This document shows, in pieces, positions 1 to 13,864 of a DNA stretch of 64,000 nt. The stretch is from Octopus vulgaris (taxonomy: Eukaryota): NCBI GenBank assembly GCA_951406725.2, contig OX597817.1, positions 133,734,001 to 133,798,000 on the forward strand. Direction: 5' to 3'. The notes under the pieces were generated by a model. The model was given only the letters and a program-made list of their open reading frames with translations. It did not search any database and had not been told where the DNA came from. The translations under genes were made by a program, and so were the position numbers. The stretch's first letter is position 1. Every line of letters starts with the position of its first letter.

Positions 1-889
1 GTTATATGTCTTTCGATAAAAGTTGATCTGAGGCTAAGTATGAACAAAAACAACAACCCCATGTGAACCATCCTGGTAACAAAAGGACTGTTGATAGCTT
101 TTGTTACTTGTTTATTATTAACTCCTGGTAAATATAGAAAATGAAACATCTTCTAGCAACTGCCATACTGCCAGGTAAATATGAAGATATTTTAGCAGCA
201 AAAATTGCTGTTGTATTTTTAACATGTCATTATTGTTTTAATTTTAACCTCCACATCTTCAAAGTCATGTGAAATAATTGGTATTAATAGTAGTAGTAGA
301 GCAACGGGTTGGTTAAAAATAGCAAAGCATCAGACTAAATGTCTTAAAGTATTTTGGTTTCATCCATCTGAGTTCTACAGATCATATCCAAAAACAAAAA
401 GGCTCTCTGGCAAATTGGATAAGATTCATTCACTGAAACATGCCCAACCTCTATCCACAGTTGTCAGAAAAATGTATCCTCATTCTGCTCATTCAACTGA
501 TACTGCAATGGCCTCTGTTCCTTGCAGCTAGTTATTTTCAGGCCACATCTGCCTAAATCACTCCCTCTTGCTGGGTCACCTCCTCCTATGAACCTAGTCT
601 TTGTACTACTAACTAACTTTTCTGAATCCTTCTCTCCCAAGATATCAACTGTCTGGAAATTGTCATCCCATGCTTTTTTTGACACATGTGTTAACATGTA
701 GCTGCTCGAACTAAGCATCATATGTTTCAGAGTACCTGTGAAGGCTATAGGTACAGTACCCTCTTTACAATCAACCCCACCTCAACCCCACCCCCACCCC
801 CAAATCAAATCCTGTTTTAGTTCAACATTGCTTTCCATTCAAAATGTATGCCATTTCATATACAGCATGTGTGTGTGGGTGTGCATATA

Positions 890-1026
890 CATGCTTGGCT
901 GTACCTAACCACATGGTTTCAGGTTTAGTCCCACTTGTGTTGCATCTTGTGCAAGTGTTTCTTCTACAGCCCATGGCTGACCAAAGCCTTGCGAGTAGAT
1001 TTAGTAGATGGAAACTGAAAGAAGCC
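890..1026 (+). mobile_element. SINE family A, 5' portion, abutting a family B copy
   Basis: Matches the 5211 copy: aaccacatggtttcaggtttagtcccac...gaccaaagccttgcgagtagatttagtagatggaaactgaaagaagcc. Confidence 0.75.
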
Positions 1027-1456
1027 TCATCATCGTTTAACGTCCGCTTTTCATACTAGTATGGGTTGGACGATTTTGACTGAGGGCTGGTGAACCAGAT
1101 GGCTGCACCAGGCTCCAATCTTGATCTGGCAGAGTTTCTACAGCTGGATGCCCTTCCTAACGCCAACCACTCCAAGAGTGTAGTGGGTGCTTTTTACATG
1201 CCACTGGCACGGGGTCCAGTCAGGTGGTACTGGCAATGACCTCGCTTGAATCTTTTTACACATGCCACTGGCACAGGTGCCAGTGAGGTGACGTTGGTAA
1301 CGATCACGCTTGAATGGTGCCTTTTATGTGCCACCGGCATGGAAGCCTGTTGGTTGCTCTGGCAACAATCTCACTTGGATGGTGCCCTTGGCACCCTATT
1401 AGCATGGGTACAAGTGCCAGTAAGGCAACGCTGGTGCACAAGTGCTAGTAAGGTGA
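1027..1456 (-). mobile_element. SINE family B (Meta-domain-like) with about 4 tandem 65-bp head units
   Basis: Minus strand reads GAGTGGTTGGCGTTAGGAAGGGCATCCAGCTGTAGAAAC...GCGGACGTTAAACGATGATG with a (GAT)n tail; more than 10 related copies occur in the window. Confidence 0.85.
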
Positions 1457-1457
1457 C

Positions 1458-1495
<38 letters not shown>

Positions 1496-2129
1496 GTTTA
1501 TGTATTTGTTTTGCAAATCGTGTGTCAAAACAGATATTGTTGTATTTCAGGATGGTTATTTTTTGCTTTTTTATGCCAGACTAAACAGAAAAGGAGGAGA
1601 CACATGGGATAGAAAGTGATGGAAGAGGTCACAGGATGTGTGACAAAAGATTTCAGGCAAAGGACACTAAACCAAGAACAATAATAAAACTGAAGTGGGG
1701 AACAACTATATAGTGTGTTGTGTTTATTTAGCAAGAAAAATAATGACCATATATAACAAACATACTGTACCTATTGTTTCTTATATGTATTAACCCTCCC
1801 TACAACTTAGACCCTCTGAAGAAGCCTAGAGGCACATTGATCATCCAAACTTCATCTGCCTGTCCCTACAGAACACTGAGGAGATGGAGATGGCATGGAG
1901 GATTTTGTTGCCTCTTGGCAGAAACGGCCGTAAGGAACTTAGTACCTTCTGACAATCTGATCTTTTGCTCCTTTCTGTAATATTAGTACATGTGTGTGTG
2001 TGTATAACACATAGTTATTACATGTGCATGTATTCTTCTAATACATTCTAATACATTGGAATAAATAGACATACTAGAATGTCTACTGGCTGATGTATAT
2101 CGTTTTTGTATCCTCTCCATTTTCTTATT

Positions 2130-2168
<39 letters not shown>

Positions 2169-3159
2169 TATATATAAACACATACTATCATCATCATCAT
2201 CATCATCATCATCGTTTAATGTCATAGATATATATATACATATACACACATTCTTTTACCATTTTCAGCTCATGAGCATTGCCCATACTGGGGTGTCGAA
2301 ACTACAAAGGTGTATAATATGAACAAATATGAGCAATTATTTAGTTACATCATGATTTTGTGTTCAAATCTCAACAGAGTAATAATTATTTTGCCCTTCA
2401 TCCTGTCTCCACAAATTAATTAATATCAGCAATATTGTTGAAATTGCATTTTAATCAGCTATTCCTTATCCCTTACCAAAATTGGCCATTGTGCCTAGAT
2501 AGGAGAACCTATTATTTTGTTTGTTATTGTTGTTGTCTGCTTCATGAGTTCAGAGGCTTAGAAAGAGTAGGAAATGTTTTTTTGCTGTTGTTATTATTGG
2601 TGATGAAGCTGTTGTTATTATAACTAGTGGCGGTTGTTAGCGGTGGTGGTACTGACGAAAATAAATCACTAGAGCAAAATATCTTCAAAACACACACACA
2701 AGCATGCAAACAAACACCAACTGCCACAGTGTGTGGAAATGGTAAAAGGAGGAGGAGGAACAAGAAATAAACAAAACCAAAAGTGATTGTGATGAGATAT
2801 AAAGGTTTTTCAATGAGGGTGGGACAGGATGGAGTTGCAAAATGAATAGAGAGAGGAAGCAGTAAAGAGAAGATGGTAACTGTCGTAGTGAAAAAGAAAA
2901 ATCACAGAATGCCTCAACAAAGTGAGGGTGGCGGAGTGAGTGATGGAGTGTAAAAGAGAGAATGAAATTTACAGGAATGAGGTGCTAAGAAACTGAAGTT
3001 ATTAAACAGAGAGAAAGAGAGAGAGAGAGAGAAAGAGTGGTGGGGTTGAGGATGGAATGAATTTTGGATTTAAATTGGGGGGGGGCAGAAAGAGGAAAGA
3101 AATTTTGGGAGTGTGTGTACAGTTATGAATAAAGATAAAGTAAGGATCAATGCATAATA

Positions 3160-3186
3160 CACACACACACACACATACATACATAC

Positions 3187-3231
<45 letters not shown>

Positions 3232-3404
3232 TGTGCATACAGAGAAGGAAATGGAGATAGACAGACATACAAAGAGTAAAGAGGGAGAATAGAAAAATTA
3301 AAGAGGTTGAGCTGGAAAATATTGGTGAGGATGCTGAAACTGAATTGCAGATGTCAAGACTTTCATGTTTTTCTCTTTAGTTATCTCTCTTTCTCTCTTA
3401 CACA

Positions 3405-3448
<44 letters not shown>

Positions 3449-3633
3449 AACACACATACACACACACTTTGCTTCAGCTTGATCTATTCCTTCTTTATCA
3501 TTATCATTAATATCACCAGCACAAGCATCATCAGCATCACCATTGCTATCATTATCATCATTGGCATCCTCATCATCTGTTGAGAGAGAATGAAAAGAGC
3601 AAAGAAGGGGTGAGATGCATCAGGTATGAAATT

Positions 3634-3676
<43 letters not shown>

Positions 3677-3705
3677 TCCCTTCTCTCTTACTCTCTCTCT
3701 CTCTA
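3160..3705. repeat. Microsatellite cluster: (AC)n, (GATA)n, (CA)n, (CT)n
   Basis: Direct reading: GATA about 3188-3230, CA about 3399-3467, CT about 3637-3705. Confidence 0.95.
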
Positions 3706-4214
3706 TCCATTCCCTTCTCTCTTACTCTCTCTCCTCTTCATCTCACCATCCCACAGCTAACCTAATATGTCAGTGTACTTAGCTAACTGAGCTGTTCTCG
3801 ACATTACACAGGTAATCTATCTTTCTAAAGACCTACCTTGAACAATTTTGCTACACCATCATCACCCCCACTGCCACCCTTATGCTGCCACACCCGATAC
3901 CCTTCCATCTGCCTAGCTACACTGAGTACCTCACTAATATTTCATGTACACACACACACACACAGAGGTATCCCCAAATATCACCAGCACCATCACCACC
4001 ATCACATACACATCAAAACCACCCACATACTCACCACCCCCATACACATTCTTCTACCCCAACTACATACCATCACTGCATCTTACCTATACATTATTAC
4101 TACTACTGCTACTACTACTACTTACAACCAACATACCACTCAGTCACCCTCAAACACCCAGACATTCTTTTACACCAACCCTAGCACTCCATTTCAAACA
4201 ACTGAACCAACAAC

Positions 4215-4642
4215 AGAGTCTCTATGTGGTTGCTTGAGTTGTTAGAAATAGCAGCTAAATCTGTTATCAAACCACCTCAAAACAGAATGTATTGGGCATG
4301 GTTTTAGGTTCCTCAAACGTAGAATGGTCACAATTAAAATGTCTTTGATCATAGGCTTCCTCAGTCAGGGCTGAGTTAGGGCTAAACAACAGCTGTTTAA
4401 ACACTGTCTCAGCCCAGGTACTAAGGTACATACTTATGTAAAAATCATCTCTATGAACTATTAAGGAAGTTTCTATATAGGTTCCCATTTTGCAAGAAAT
4501 AGCAACCAGATATCTCAGAAAATCATTTCCTCTTGTCTTTTATAAGAAGATAGGCTCTGAATAATGCTGTATGACAGGATGGTAATGGCTAGAATGCTTT
4601 TGGTTTTAGGTCTCCTTGATCAGAGTTGACCTGGGGCTAAGT
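4215..4642 (+). mobile_element. Two adjacent copies of old SINE-like family D
   Basis: Shared motifs agaaatagcagc/agcaac...tttgatcatagg...gggctaaacaac recur at about 6420-6575, 41760-41990, 50870-51065 and 57555-57690, and on the minus strand at about 12520, 13715 and 27500-27800. Confidence 0.6.
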
Positions 4643-5208
4643 ACCAATGCAGGCGGCATTACCTCAGTGGTTCCAAACACTGTGTCAGGATGTTCATACC
4701 ATCAGGAGTTGGGAAATCAACATTGTTAATGTTCATCTTGTACAACATGAAGACTCTCAGAAAAACATGTCAGCTTGAAAAGGGAATTCTAGAAGATTGA
4801 CATTTTGGGAGTAAAGGATTAGATAAAAAAAAAACAGCAACAACAACAAGTGGTTAGTGCAGGTTGGGAGGAATATAATATGAGAGGAGGAGAGGCAAGT
4901 ATGTTGGGTGGAGGCAGTCCACACTGTCTTAAAGGGATGGAGGCCATTGTAGTAGCAATAGCAGAGGTAGAGTGAGGAGATATGGCTGTCCATGGGTCAG
5001 AAGTCTTGGTCAATGACTTGAGAGGTATGAAAACAGAAGCTATAACAAAGTTGGCAGTGAAGAAAATTTACATAGACTATCATACTGTGCCCCATACAAT
5101 AAACCATATCTTTTAAGGAAGATTGTATGTGGTCACTTAACCTGTTAGGAATAGCAGTCAAATTGCCAACAAATTACACTCTACTGTCTAAAGAAAAAAA
5201 TGGTAAAT

Positions 5209-5378
5209 AGATGCAGGAGTGGCTGTGTGGTAAGTAGCTTGCTTACCAACCACATGACTCCAGGTTCAGTTCCACTGCATGGCACCTTGGGCTAGTGTCT
5301 TCTACTATAGCCTCGGGCTGACCAAAGCCTTGTGAGTGGATTTGGTAGATAGAAACTGGAAGAAGCCTGTCATGTGTG

Positions 5379-5415
<37 letters not shown>

Positions 5416-5618
5416 TGGTGTTTGTCCTCACTACCATCGCTTGACAACCAATGTTGGTGTGTTTACGTCCCCATAGCTTAGCAGTTCAGCAAAAGAGACC
5501 GATAGAATAAGTACCAGGCTTACAAGAATAAGTCCTGGGGTCGATTTGTTCAACTAAAGGCAGTGCTCCAGCATGGCTGCAGTCAAACGACTGAAACAAA
5601 TGAAAGAATAAAAGAATA
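5209..5618 (+). mobile_element. Full-length tRNA-derived SINE family A with internal (GT)n
   Basis: Pol III box A-like TGGCTGTGTGG, box B-like GGTTCAGTTCC, internal microsatellite, (AAAGAATA) tail; near-identical copies at 23138, 58580 and 61275(-). Confidence 0.9.
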
Positions 5619-6011
5619 TGAAATGCTGGGCTGGTCATAGCTGGAACATCTTTCATCAGAGATCTTTCTAACCAGGGTTGACTTTGGATTAGACATGAAC
5701 TACTACATGTTTTACAGTGGAGATTATGGCTTTCAGCTATGTAGTGACATCATTTATCTGGTCTGGGTCTTTGGACTGTGCCTCATTGTGCTACCAAACC
5801 AGCATTGTGCTACCAAACACATGTGCACCACTATCTCTATACACAACACACACCACCACACTACACCACTTTACATACTAACATCAACATCCGACATGCC
5901 ACCACCACCGAATACGACAAGGTCAACCAGTACACTCTACATATTCTAACAAGAGAGAAATTACTGAACAATTCCTAAAATTCTTATTTTGTTGGGAATT
6001 TTGTCTTGTCT

Positions 6012-6135
6012 TGTGTGTGTGTTTGTGTTTGTGTGTGTGTGTGTGTGTGCGTGTGTGTCTGTGTGTGCATGCGTGTGTGTGTGTGTGTGTGTGCATGCGT
6101 GTGTGTGTGTGTGTGTACATGCGTGTCTGTGTGCA

Positions 6136-6168
<33 letters not shown>

Positions 6169-6177
6169 ATGTGTGTG
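6012..6177. repeat. Compound (GT)n microsatellite
   Basis: Direct reading. Confidence 0.95.
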
Positions 6178-6660
6178 AGCAGACTTTGTAATATGAGTAA
6201 GGTTAAGAGAATAAAAATGTGTGATGGTTCATGATGATATAGAAAGTGTGTGAGGGTGGTTGAGGGTCTGCAGAAGAGTGGGGTAAAAGGAAGAAGGATG
6301 ATGAAGATGAAGAAAAAGAGGGTTATGTTGATTAAAAGAGAAGAAAAGACATGGATGCCATTCCATTTGGTAGGGTTGAACATAAGCCAATGGCTAACAA
6401 TACTAATTCCCTCTGAAGAAACTTCAACTAGAAATAGCTACTAGTTTAAACAAAAAAAAAAAAAAGGAAGGACAATGTAATCTTATGCTAAGCCTGGGAA
6501 AAGAGAGATGGGTCTGGCTAAAACACCTTTCTTCATAGGTCTGCTCAATCAAAGCTGATGTAGGGCTAAACAATGATAACCCATTTAACCTTGTAACAAT
6601 AGAATAGAACGTCAACTTGACCTGTCAAAAAAACAATTACAATTCTCCTGAAAATCACAG

Positions 6661-6753
6661 TCATTGTCTTCAGATACTCACACTATCTTCATATACACTC
6701 ATTGTCTTCATATACTCACACTATCTTCATATACACTCATTGCCTTCATATAC
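6661..6753. repeat. 38-bp tandem repeat, about 2.4 copies
   Basis: tcattgtcttcatatactcacactatcttcatatacac repeated. Confidence 0.85.
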
Positions 6754-7893
6754 CATAAGAACCAGGTCTATTTTTTAGTGCCAGTAATGTCAAGTATGGA
6801 AGGGTAAAAGTAAGATGATATTCAACCAGTTTATTGGATATCTTACTACTATTCTTCAATATTTATGCTATTCTATATTTTGCTACTAGTTTATTTTATT
6901 AACACTCATGAATATTATTCATATTTGATATCTTAACACTATTTTATTACTATTCTTTAATATCAATATTTTCTATTTCCTAATACTAGTTGATCTGTAA
7001 TATTAGCCAATATCCTGTTACAAATGGTACTGTTCAATTGAACCTCTCACTTGAAAAATATTCTATATACTCTGGCATAAAGTAAAAACAGAAAATCTTA
7101 CTTTAGCTGTATTGGAGCTAAGTATAGTTAAATGAAGGCTTGGAGATGGATTAGCAAATTTTATTGCCAGGAATATACCATACACAACTACAACGATCTA
7201 GTCTTTAGAAACACTCTCACCTTGCAATTGTGTGTATTTACAGAACCATCCAACCCATATTCATTCATATATATATATGTAAAAATACTGAGTTGCAAAA
7301 ATGGTGAAAAGGAAAAAAAAATCCTACAAATTAAGTTGGAAACATTGTAAAGTATTTAAGTAGTTGGTATATTGTATGATTCTGTGAATGAATCGAACAT
7401 GTTTTATCTGGATATGCAAATAACTGAGATATTGGAGTGATATTAGATTAAATGTCACGAATCATTTGTTTCCGGCTGCCAAGCAATAGACTTCCTTGTA
7501 GGATTGTGAAACATGGCTCTTATGATTGGCAGATAGTCAGTGATAAGGGCCATGGAAATCTTTATCATTGTTGATTGAAGAATTTAATCATTGGCACCTC
7601 TGTTCTTTGTGCTAAGATCAATATTTCAACTAGCCAATGAACACTCAAGTGTAAAGTCAATCTCTGAGCATTCTAAGATGGAGACAAACTGATAGAGCAG
7701 AACACTGGCTTCATATCAATTTACAGCACTGAATATTTTGAAGCCATCTTAGATATTCTGCCCAATTCTTCTCAGTTTTCAATGTTCTGCTATTTTTATT
7801 GAGTTTTTCTTCTCCATGGAGTTGATAATAAAATTGTTGAAAAAAATCCAGTGTCCATGAGTAGATTATCTAAATTTACCATAGGTAAAAATA

Positions 7894-7933
<40 letters not shown>

Positions 7934-8429
7934 TCACCCCAGAAAGTAACTAAAGAAAAGTTTATTTTACTTCATTTAGTGTAAAATAAGTAGATTTAAT
8001 AGGTGTTTAGTAGAAAGTGGAATAAATGGTTGTTTCTAAATGCAAAGGCCTTTCCAGTTGAAGAATGTACTCCTCAACTTAGGTTAGTCATTAGTCATTG
8101 TTGAATCTCTTCCTCATAACATATTCTCCTAATACCCCTTCCCCCTACCTGTGTTCACTCACTATATTCCCCCTCCACCCCCCACTCTTCTTTCACAATC
8201 TCACAAACATCCATCCACTCACTCTTTACAACCTTCAATCCATTTCATTATATATACCTCCCTGCAACTTGGGTGTATGCTCCATCACATCTTCACCATC
8301 TTATCTCTTTCTCTCTCTCTCTCTCTCTTCACCCTCTCTCCTCCTCAGGTACCCCATATTTCTCCTCTACTGCAAGACACCTATTTTCATCCCTCAATAC
8401 TACTACTTCCCTCACCATCAGTTGGTGAC

Positions 8430-8636
8430 CTCACTGCTGCTAGTGCCACATAAAAAGCACCCTGTACATTCTGTAAAGTAGTTGGCAATAAGGAGGGTAT
8501 CCTGTTATTTAAACCATGCTAAAACAGTATCAGTGAAGCTTGGCACAGTCTTCTGACTTACCAGTTCCTGTCAAACTGTCCAACCCATTGCCAACATGGG
8601 AAACATATTTTAAATGATGATAATGATGATGATGAC
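8430..8636 (+). mobile_element. SINE family B, diverged copy
   Basis: gtgccacataaaaagcacc...gttggcaataaggagggtatcc...ctgtccaacccattgccaacatgg...(gat)n. Confidence 0.7.
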
Positions 8637-9586
8637 GTGTTTGTAGTGTTGTTTTCTCCTCAATCCAGTTAATTATTTGTTTTAAATATGTCTGTTCCAA
8701 ACACATGCAGTTTTAGTTGCTGACCTTCTTAAAATGACAGAAAGGTGGAAAAGCTAGTTGAAAACAGATATAAATGCAAATTATAAAGTACAATTATGAT
8801 AACTGAGAGCTGTTGAATATTAACGAGGATATTATGGTGGAGCTAGATAAAGCAAACTTGATCATAATTTAATGAAACAAAAATATAATAAATAACAATA
8901 GAAAAGGAAACAAGTAAAACTAGAAGAAAATAAGCAGAACAAACAATATAAAGCCAACATTTTAAGAATAATTAAATACAGATTTTATCTAATTCTAAAT
9001 GTTGGATCAATGGATGCCTGAAACAGATTTTCAGAATTTTGAAAACTCTAAACCATTGAAGAGTTTTGTGATAAAGACATCAAAGATTTAAAATGTTAAA
9101 TATTTAGGAATTTCACTGCATCAAGACAGTAATCTTATCTGGTGGAGAGGAGTTTATCTCTGGGTTAGGAATTATTACTATAGAGGAGACATCACAGAAT
9201 TATGTCTGGTCCATTAATCCTACAACCCAGTTTCAAGTGCTGAAAATGTGTTCATCTTTCCTTCATTGAGTCATTAATTTTTTTTTTCTTTTTTGAAGTA
9301 GATATTAGTCAAAGAACATTACTAAATTTACTCCAAATACATTATGGCTATCTCTGTTTCACTCACTTTTCTTACTTTATATTATTGGATATTTTTTCAT
9401 GGAAAGAATGTCAAGCTCTAAAATACTAGTTTGACAAATTCTTCTATAAATAGAGGTTTTTGATGATGATATTTCATGTATTTTTCTTTTTATGTGCTGA
9501 GGATAAAATCTGCATTTATTGTTCTTATTGTTTAGCCCTAGGTTAAGCCTTATGGAGTAGTATACCAGTGATTGTATGTGTTTCAG

Positions 9587-10085
9587 CTGTTGAAAATCAC
9601 CTGGTAAGACAAGGTCTCAGGCAAAGAGAGCCTCTCTCAAGCTGATCTGCCAAGCATTTACACACTGCTGAGGAGAGTGCAAGTCAGGTGGGCAGGCCAC
9701 TTTATTCGAATACCTGGCATAAAACTCCTTAAGAAATTGACTTTCAGCAAACTGATGGAAGGCAAGTGCACATAAGGTGGAGAGTAAAAGCACTCCAAGG
9801 ACACACTCAAAGCCTCACTAAAGAGCTTTGAGATCAACTCTGACACCTGGGAAATGCCCTGCCTAGTGAAGCTACACCAACAGAGGTGCTGCCTCCTGTG
9901 AACAGAAGAGAATTGCAGGGACACAAAGAAAGTGTGAACTCAGCAAGTCCAGAGACAACTCCTTGCCTTCAGTCTCAACAGACCAGCAGTGCCCGACCTG
10001 CAGATTGGCCACAGCCGGACACACTCTACCCCATCTTCTACTATGTGGCAGCTTTAGTCAACGTCATCAATGACAGATGAATGAG
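9587..10085 (+). mobile_element. RTE-clade LINE 3' fossil (C-terminus of the RT ORF)
   Basis: Manual translation LLKITW*DKVSGKESLSQADLPSIYTLLRRVQVRWAGHFIRIPGIKLLKKLTFSKLMEGKCT*GGE*KHSKDTLKASLKSFEINSDTWE fits the RTE motif RWAGH..RM...LPK...G.R..GG...KDTLK.SL; in-frame stops present. Confidence 0.85.
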
Positions 10086-12796
10086 TAAGAATCTCTGAGT
10101 GTCCTGAAAATACATTATCCAATGTTTTCCTCCTCTTTCTGATGAGGCATTATTTAGCTACTGTATTTGCTGCCTCACAGAAGCAGTTTCAATCTTTGTA
10201 TAACTCATTGCTCATTTGTACTTGTTGGCTTCAGAAGTTTCTGAAAGACTTGAGTGGTCACTGAAGAAATCAAAAAGGCAAACAAACTAGCGAAAACATA
10301 ATCACTTAATTTTATCAAGTAATTGTATATGTTGGATGGGGCAAATGATGATAGTTGCCCACAGTAATTTAGATTTGAGTGCAGTACCATATGTAGAAGC
10401 ATTGTAAAAGATCCACCAATACAAGTGTTGTTGCAATTAGCAAATAAAACCTTAATGGCCTCACTACTTTCACACTAATGAGGAAAGTTCTTTGGTGGGG
10501 ATTGCTTGCTCAGTATGCTAGTAGTAACAGCCAAATCTTACACATGCTACATCATACTGTGCTGAAAAGTCAGGGACACATAAATGATATAATCTTTGAT
10601 AAACAAAGCTTGAGAAAAGGAGAAAAATGTTTTGATCATTGGTCTGCTTGATTAGTATTTTTAATTTAGTAGGGACCTTGTAGAGAAGGAGTTAGAATGT
10701 TTGCCCAAAGTTATAATGAATATGTCCTTAAGGTGCTAAGATAGTCTTCTACAGGTGAAATGCATGGATATTGAGACCTTAAACTATTCATTTATATGTT
10801 GTAGGGACATCATAATTAAGGTCTTGAATTTGAGACCTAAATTTCATGTATACCATCATATTTATGCTTCTATCTCATACTCTCAGTAACTAGGTAACAT
10901 TCAAATCAAGGGAGTCTCAACTTCACTGCTTGACCCACTAAAAATAGCAGCCAAATCTCCCTTAAATTATACCCATTCTTTTTTCCTGACCTAGAATTTA
11001 TTCAGCATTGTACAGGCCCCATTTGTTTCAATGACTCACTGAGTTCTTGCTCTAATCAGTATGATACTCGGCCTGAATTTGAAGCGGGGTGGGGGTGCTG
11101 GTACTGTTTATTCTGTCCTAAAATATCTGCTTCACACAAAGAAGAAAGCCAGTGATAGGAATGTGGAATTTGAACTCAGAATGTTAAATGCTAGAGGAAA
11201 TAACAATGCTGTAACAATTCTGCCAATCTGATGTCTTAGACTGGTATTTTATGGATAAAATGCAAGGTTGACTCCAGTAAGAAGTGAACTCAGAACACAA
11301 AGAACAGCAATGAATGCTGAAAGACATTTTGTTTAACCCTAACCCTAACCCTGCCAACCAGCCATTTTGAGACAAAAGAAAGAACATATTGTAAAGATAA
11401 TGCAAACACATTGTATACATATTATAAATATATTCCATAGATGATGTAGAGCTAGATACAATGTATGAAGAAAATATAGGCAGGTTGGTGTTGGCTGGTT
11501 GTTGTTTGGTCAGGGACCACCAAGGGCTAATGTGACACCAACTTAGGTAATGCAAGACAGAAGTATATACACAACACAAGAAGGAAGATGCAATGGTCAA
11601 ACAATTGCTGTGAATGTGTAAATTTGCGAAACCTTTCAACTAAGGTAAGCATTGATAAATGATGTATATAATGAGTGTTTCCAAAACAAATACATTCTCT
11701 AAATGTGCTGTTAAATCTGGAAAAATATTTAGAGCAAAGAAGCTAAAATAGAAACACTTTCAGTTTCCAAAAAGAATACAAGGTTACTATGAGGCATTTT
11801 GCCAATGACCTGAATGTATGGAAGGTCAGAGGTGGGTCAATGAGTTGAATTCCTGAAAATGTAAAAAGAAACAACTAACATATAAAGAAAATATTATAAA
11901 ATATATAGCTATTGATTCACACACACACACATACAATATATATACACACATACAATATATATATATATACAGTCTGTATGTATTATGATGATATGCCATG
12001 TGTATAATGTATAGAGTGTTTGTGTCTTTTAATGTATATGTGTGTTTGCAATTGTATGTGATATGTATTTATATTCCATATATGTTATTTTGCCAAGAAT
12101 GGTGTAATATTTTACAGACCTATTTCCAGCCTATCGTCCAATTGTCAGACATTACTCTAAGTAAAGTGTATTATGACACAAATTACAGACAATTTGATGT
12201 GAAAGCCTCTTAACAACTCACTTATAAACCATATCAATGATTGTTGTTGTTGTTGTTGTTGTTGTATTCTTTGATTTACTCTATGTCTTTCCTGTTAAGA
12301 TTTATTCAACATCTATTTTTTTTTTCTATGTCCACCCGGTATCAATGGTAATGTTTAATGTCTGCCTGAAGCAAACTGCTACAACATATAAAAGGATAAT
12401 TGTTACTACATATGTCTGTGTGTCTGTGGTTTATGTTTATTTATTTTTTTCTTTTCTCATAATAGTTTTTTTTTAAACATGATTTAGAGGACTGATTATA
12501 TGTTGTGGTGTTGTGTTATTGGTTTTTGGTTTGTCTCAAAACCAGTCTTGATTGAACCAAACTATGATCAAGGGTATTATAGCAATGACCACCTCACCAT
12601 TTTTTTTTATTTTTCAGATATTGTATTCCTGCTTCCACCATGTCATGTGGACAGTAGATTAGACTACCATTTATGACTTTGGTTCTATGGTAGCACAGGT
12701 TATATCTACATATTATTTGTCTGGTTACGTAAAATATTCCTTCCTAAAACAAATAAGGAGAGCAGAGAGTAAAAGCATACCAGGAAGACTTGAGAT

Positions 12797-13002
12797 CAGT
12801 GGTTCTCAACTGTAGCTCCTAGGGCTCCATGTGGCCCTCAAGAATCCTCCCAGCAACCCTTGATAGTTTTCCCTCTATTAATATAATAAATTGTTCTTTA
12901 ACTTAACTTGTGTTTTATCTGTTTTGGTATGCCCTCTCCCCAACTAAAAAAAAATCTGGGTTTTGGATCTGGCCCAAATATTAAGAAGGTTGAGAACCAT
13001 TT
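12797..13002. mobile_element. hAT (Charlie-like) MITE
   Basis: Terminal inverted repeats CAGTGGTTCTCAAC and GTTGAGAACCAT; about 205 bp, non-coding; TSD not clean. Confidence 0.7.
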
Positions 13003-13788
13003 TAGACTGTTGATAAGGGCATCACTATGGCATTATATATATGTGCAAGATTCTTAAAAGTCTTGCTCTAAACTTTGCTAACTCATTCCTTTTCTCAAAT
13101 TCTCATATCTGGCATCTATATCACAATTGATTGGCATTCAAAGGTCTTCAGTTTACCAAAAGAATTACAACACATGACTAAAGTTTCTTTTGAGACTTTA
13201 AAATGTATCCAGCTGCAGTTGTCTTTCAAGTAGCTGACCATTCATCTGCAAAAGAACTTCAAGCAAGGCTGAGTGATCTCCACTGATTTGTTGATCCACC
13301 AACTAGAGAGCTTAGATACACTGAAACCATCAGCAGCAGCAAGGCTCTCTGCGGAGCTGATATAAAAGACATAAAATAGTCAACCTTGGAAACAGTGCTC
13401 CAGCATAGCCTTAAAACAACACAGAGAGTCAAAGAACTCAAGAGTCTATCTAGAGATACATTATCCAATGTTTCAGTTCATACTTTTAAGGCAATACAGT
13501 ATGATATGACAAAGAATTTCCTGCTATTTTTTTAGTATTTTGAGTCTCTCTTTAGATGCCTCATCATGGAATTTGTTTGAGGTGTGTGTGCATGTGTGTA
13601 AACAATGGCCCAGTTTTCAGAGATTCAGGAACACCAGAATGTAGAATTGCAACCAACAACTTTACCATTCTTCTTAGACAGCAGTTTAATCCAGAACCAA
13701 CATGTATCTGTTGTTGGTGGTGCAGTTTAGCCCTGATCAAGCTGACTGATGATTAAATATGTTCCAGCCATCACTTTCTAATCATTTA

Positions 13789-13864
13789 GTCCAAGACAAT
13801 ATAATGTCCAAGACAATATAATGTCCAAGACAATATAATGTCCAAGACAATATAATGTCCAAGA
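13789..13864. repeat. Perfect 17-bp minisatellite, about 4.5 copies
   Basis: (gtccaagacaatataat)x4 plus gtccaaga. Confidence 0.95.

Noticed and set aside
464-735. 85-aa minus-strand ORF with a possible cacag acceptor
   Set aside because: No recognisable domain, weak polypyrimidine tract and no partner exon found.
5209-5290. tRNA-like heads (also 30411, 62744 and SINE C heads) as tRNA genes
   Set aside because: They carry Pol III boxes but continue into SINE bodies and I could not build full cloverleafs.
5923-6383. Long ORFs rich in HT/YI/CV/LS dipeptides here and throughout the window
   Set aside because: Stop-free translations of dinucleotide and tetranucleotide microsatellites.
10138-10181. 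CTGATGA followed by a hairpin (tgaggca/tgcctca)
   Set aside because: No GAAA and stem III; the pairing sequesters the core, so not a hammerhead.
11334-11352. (TAACCC)3 telomere-like repeat
   Set aside because: Only three units; too short to call an interstitial telomeric site.
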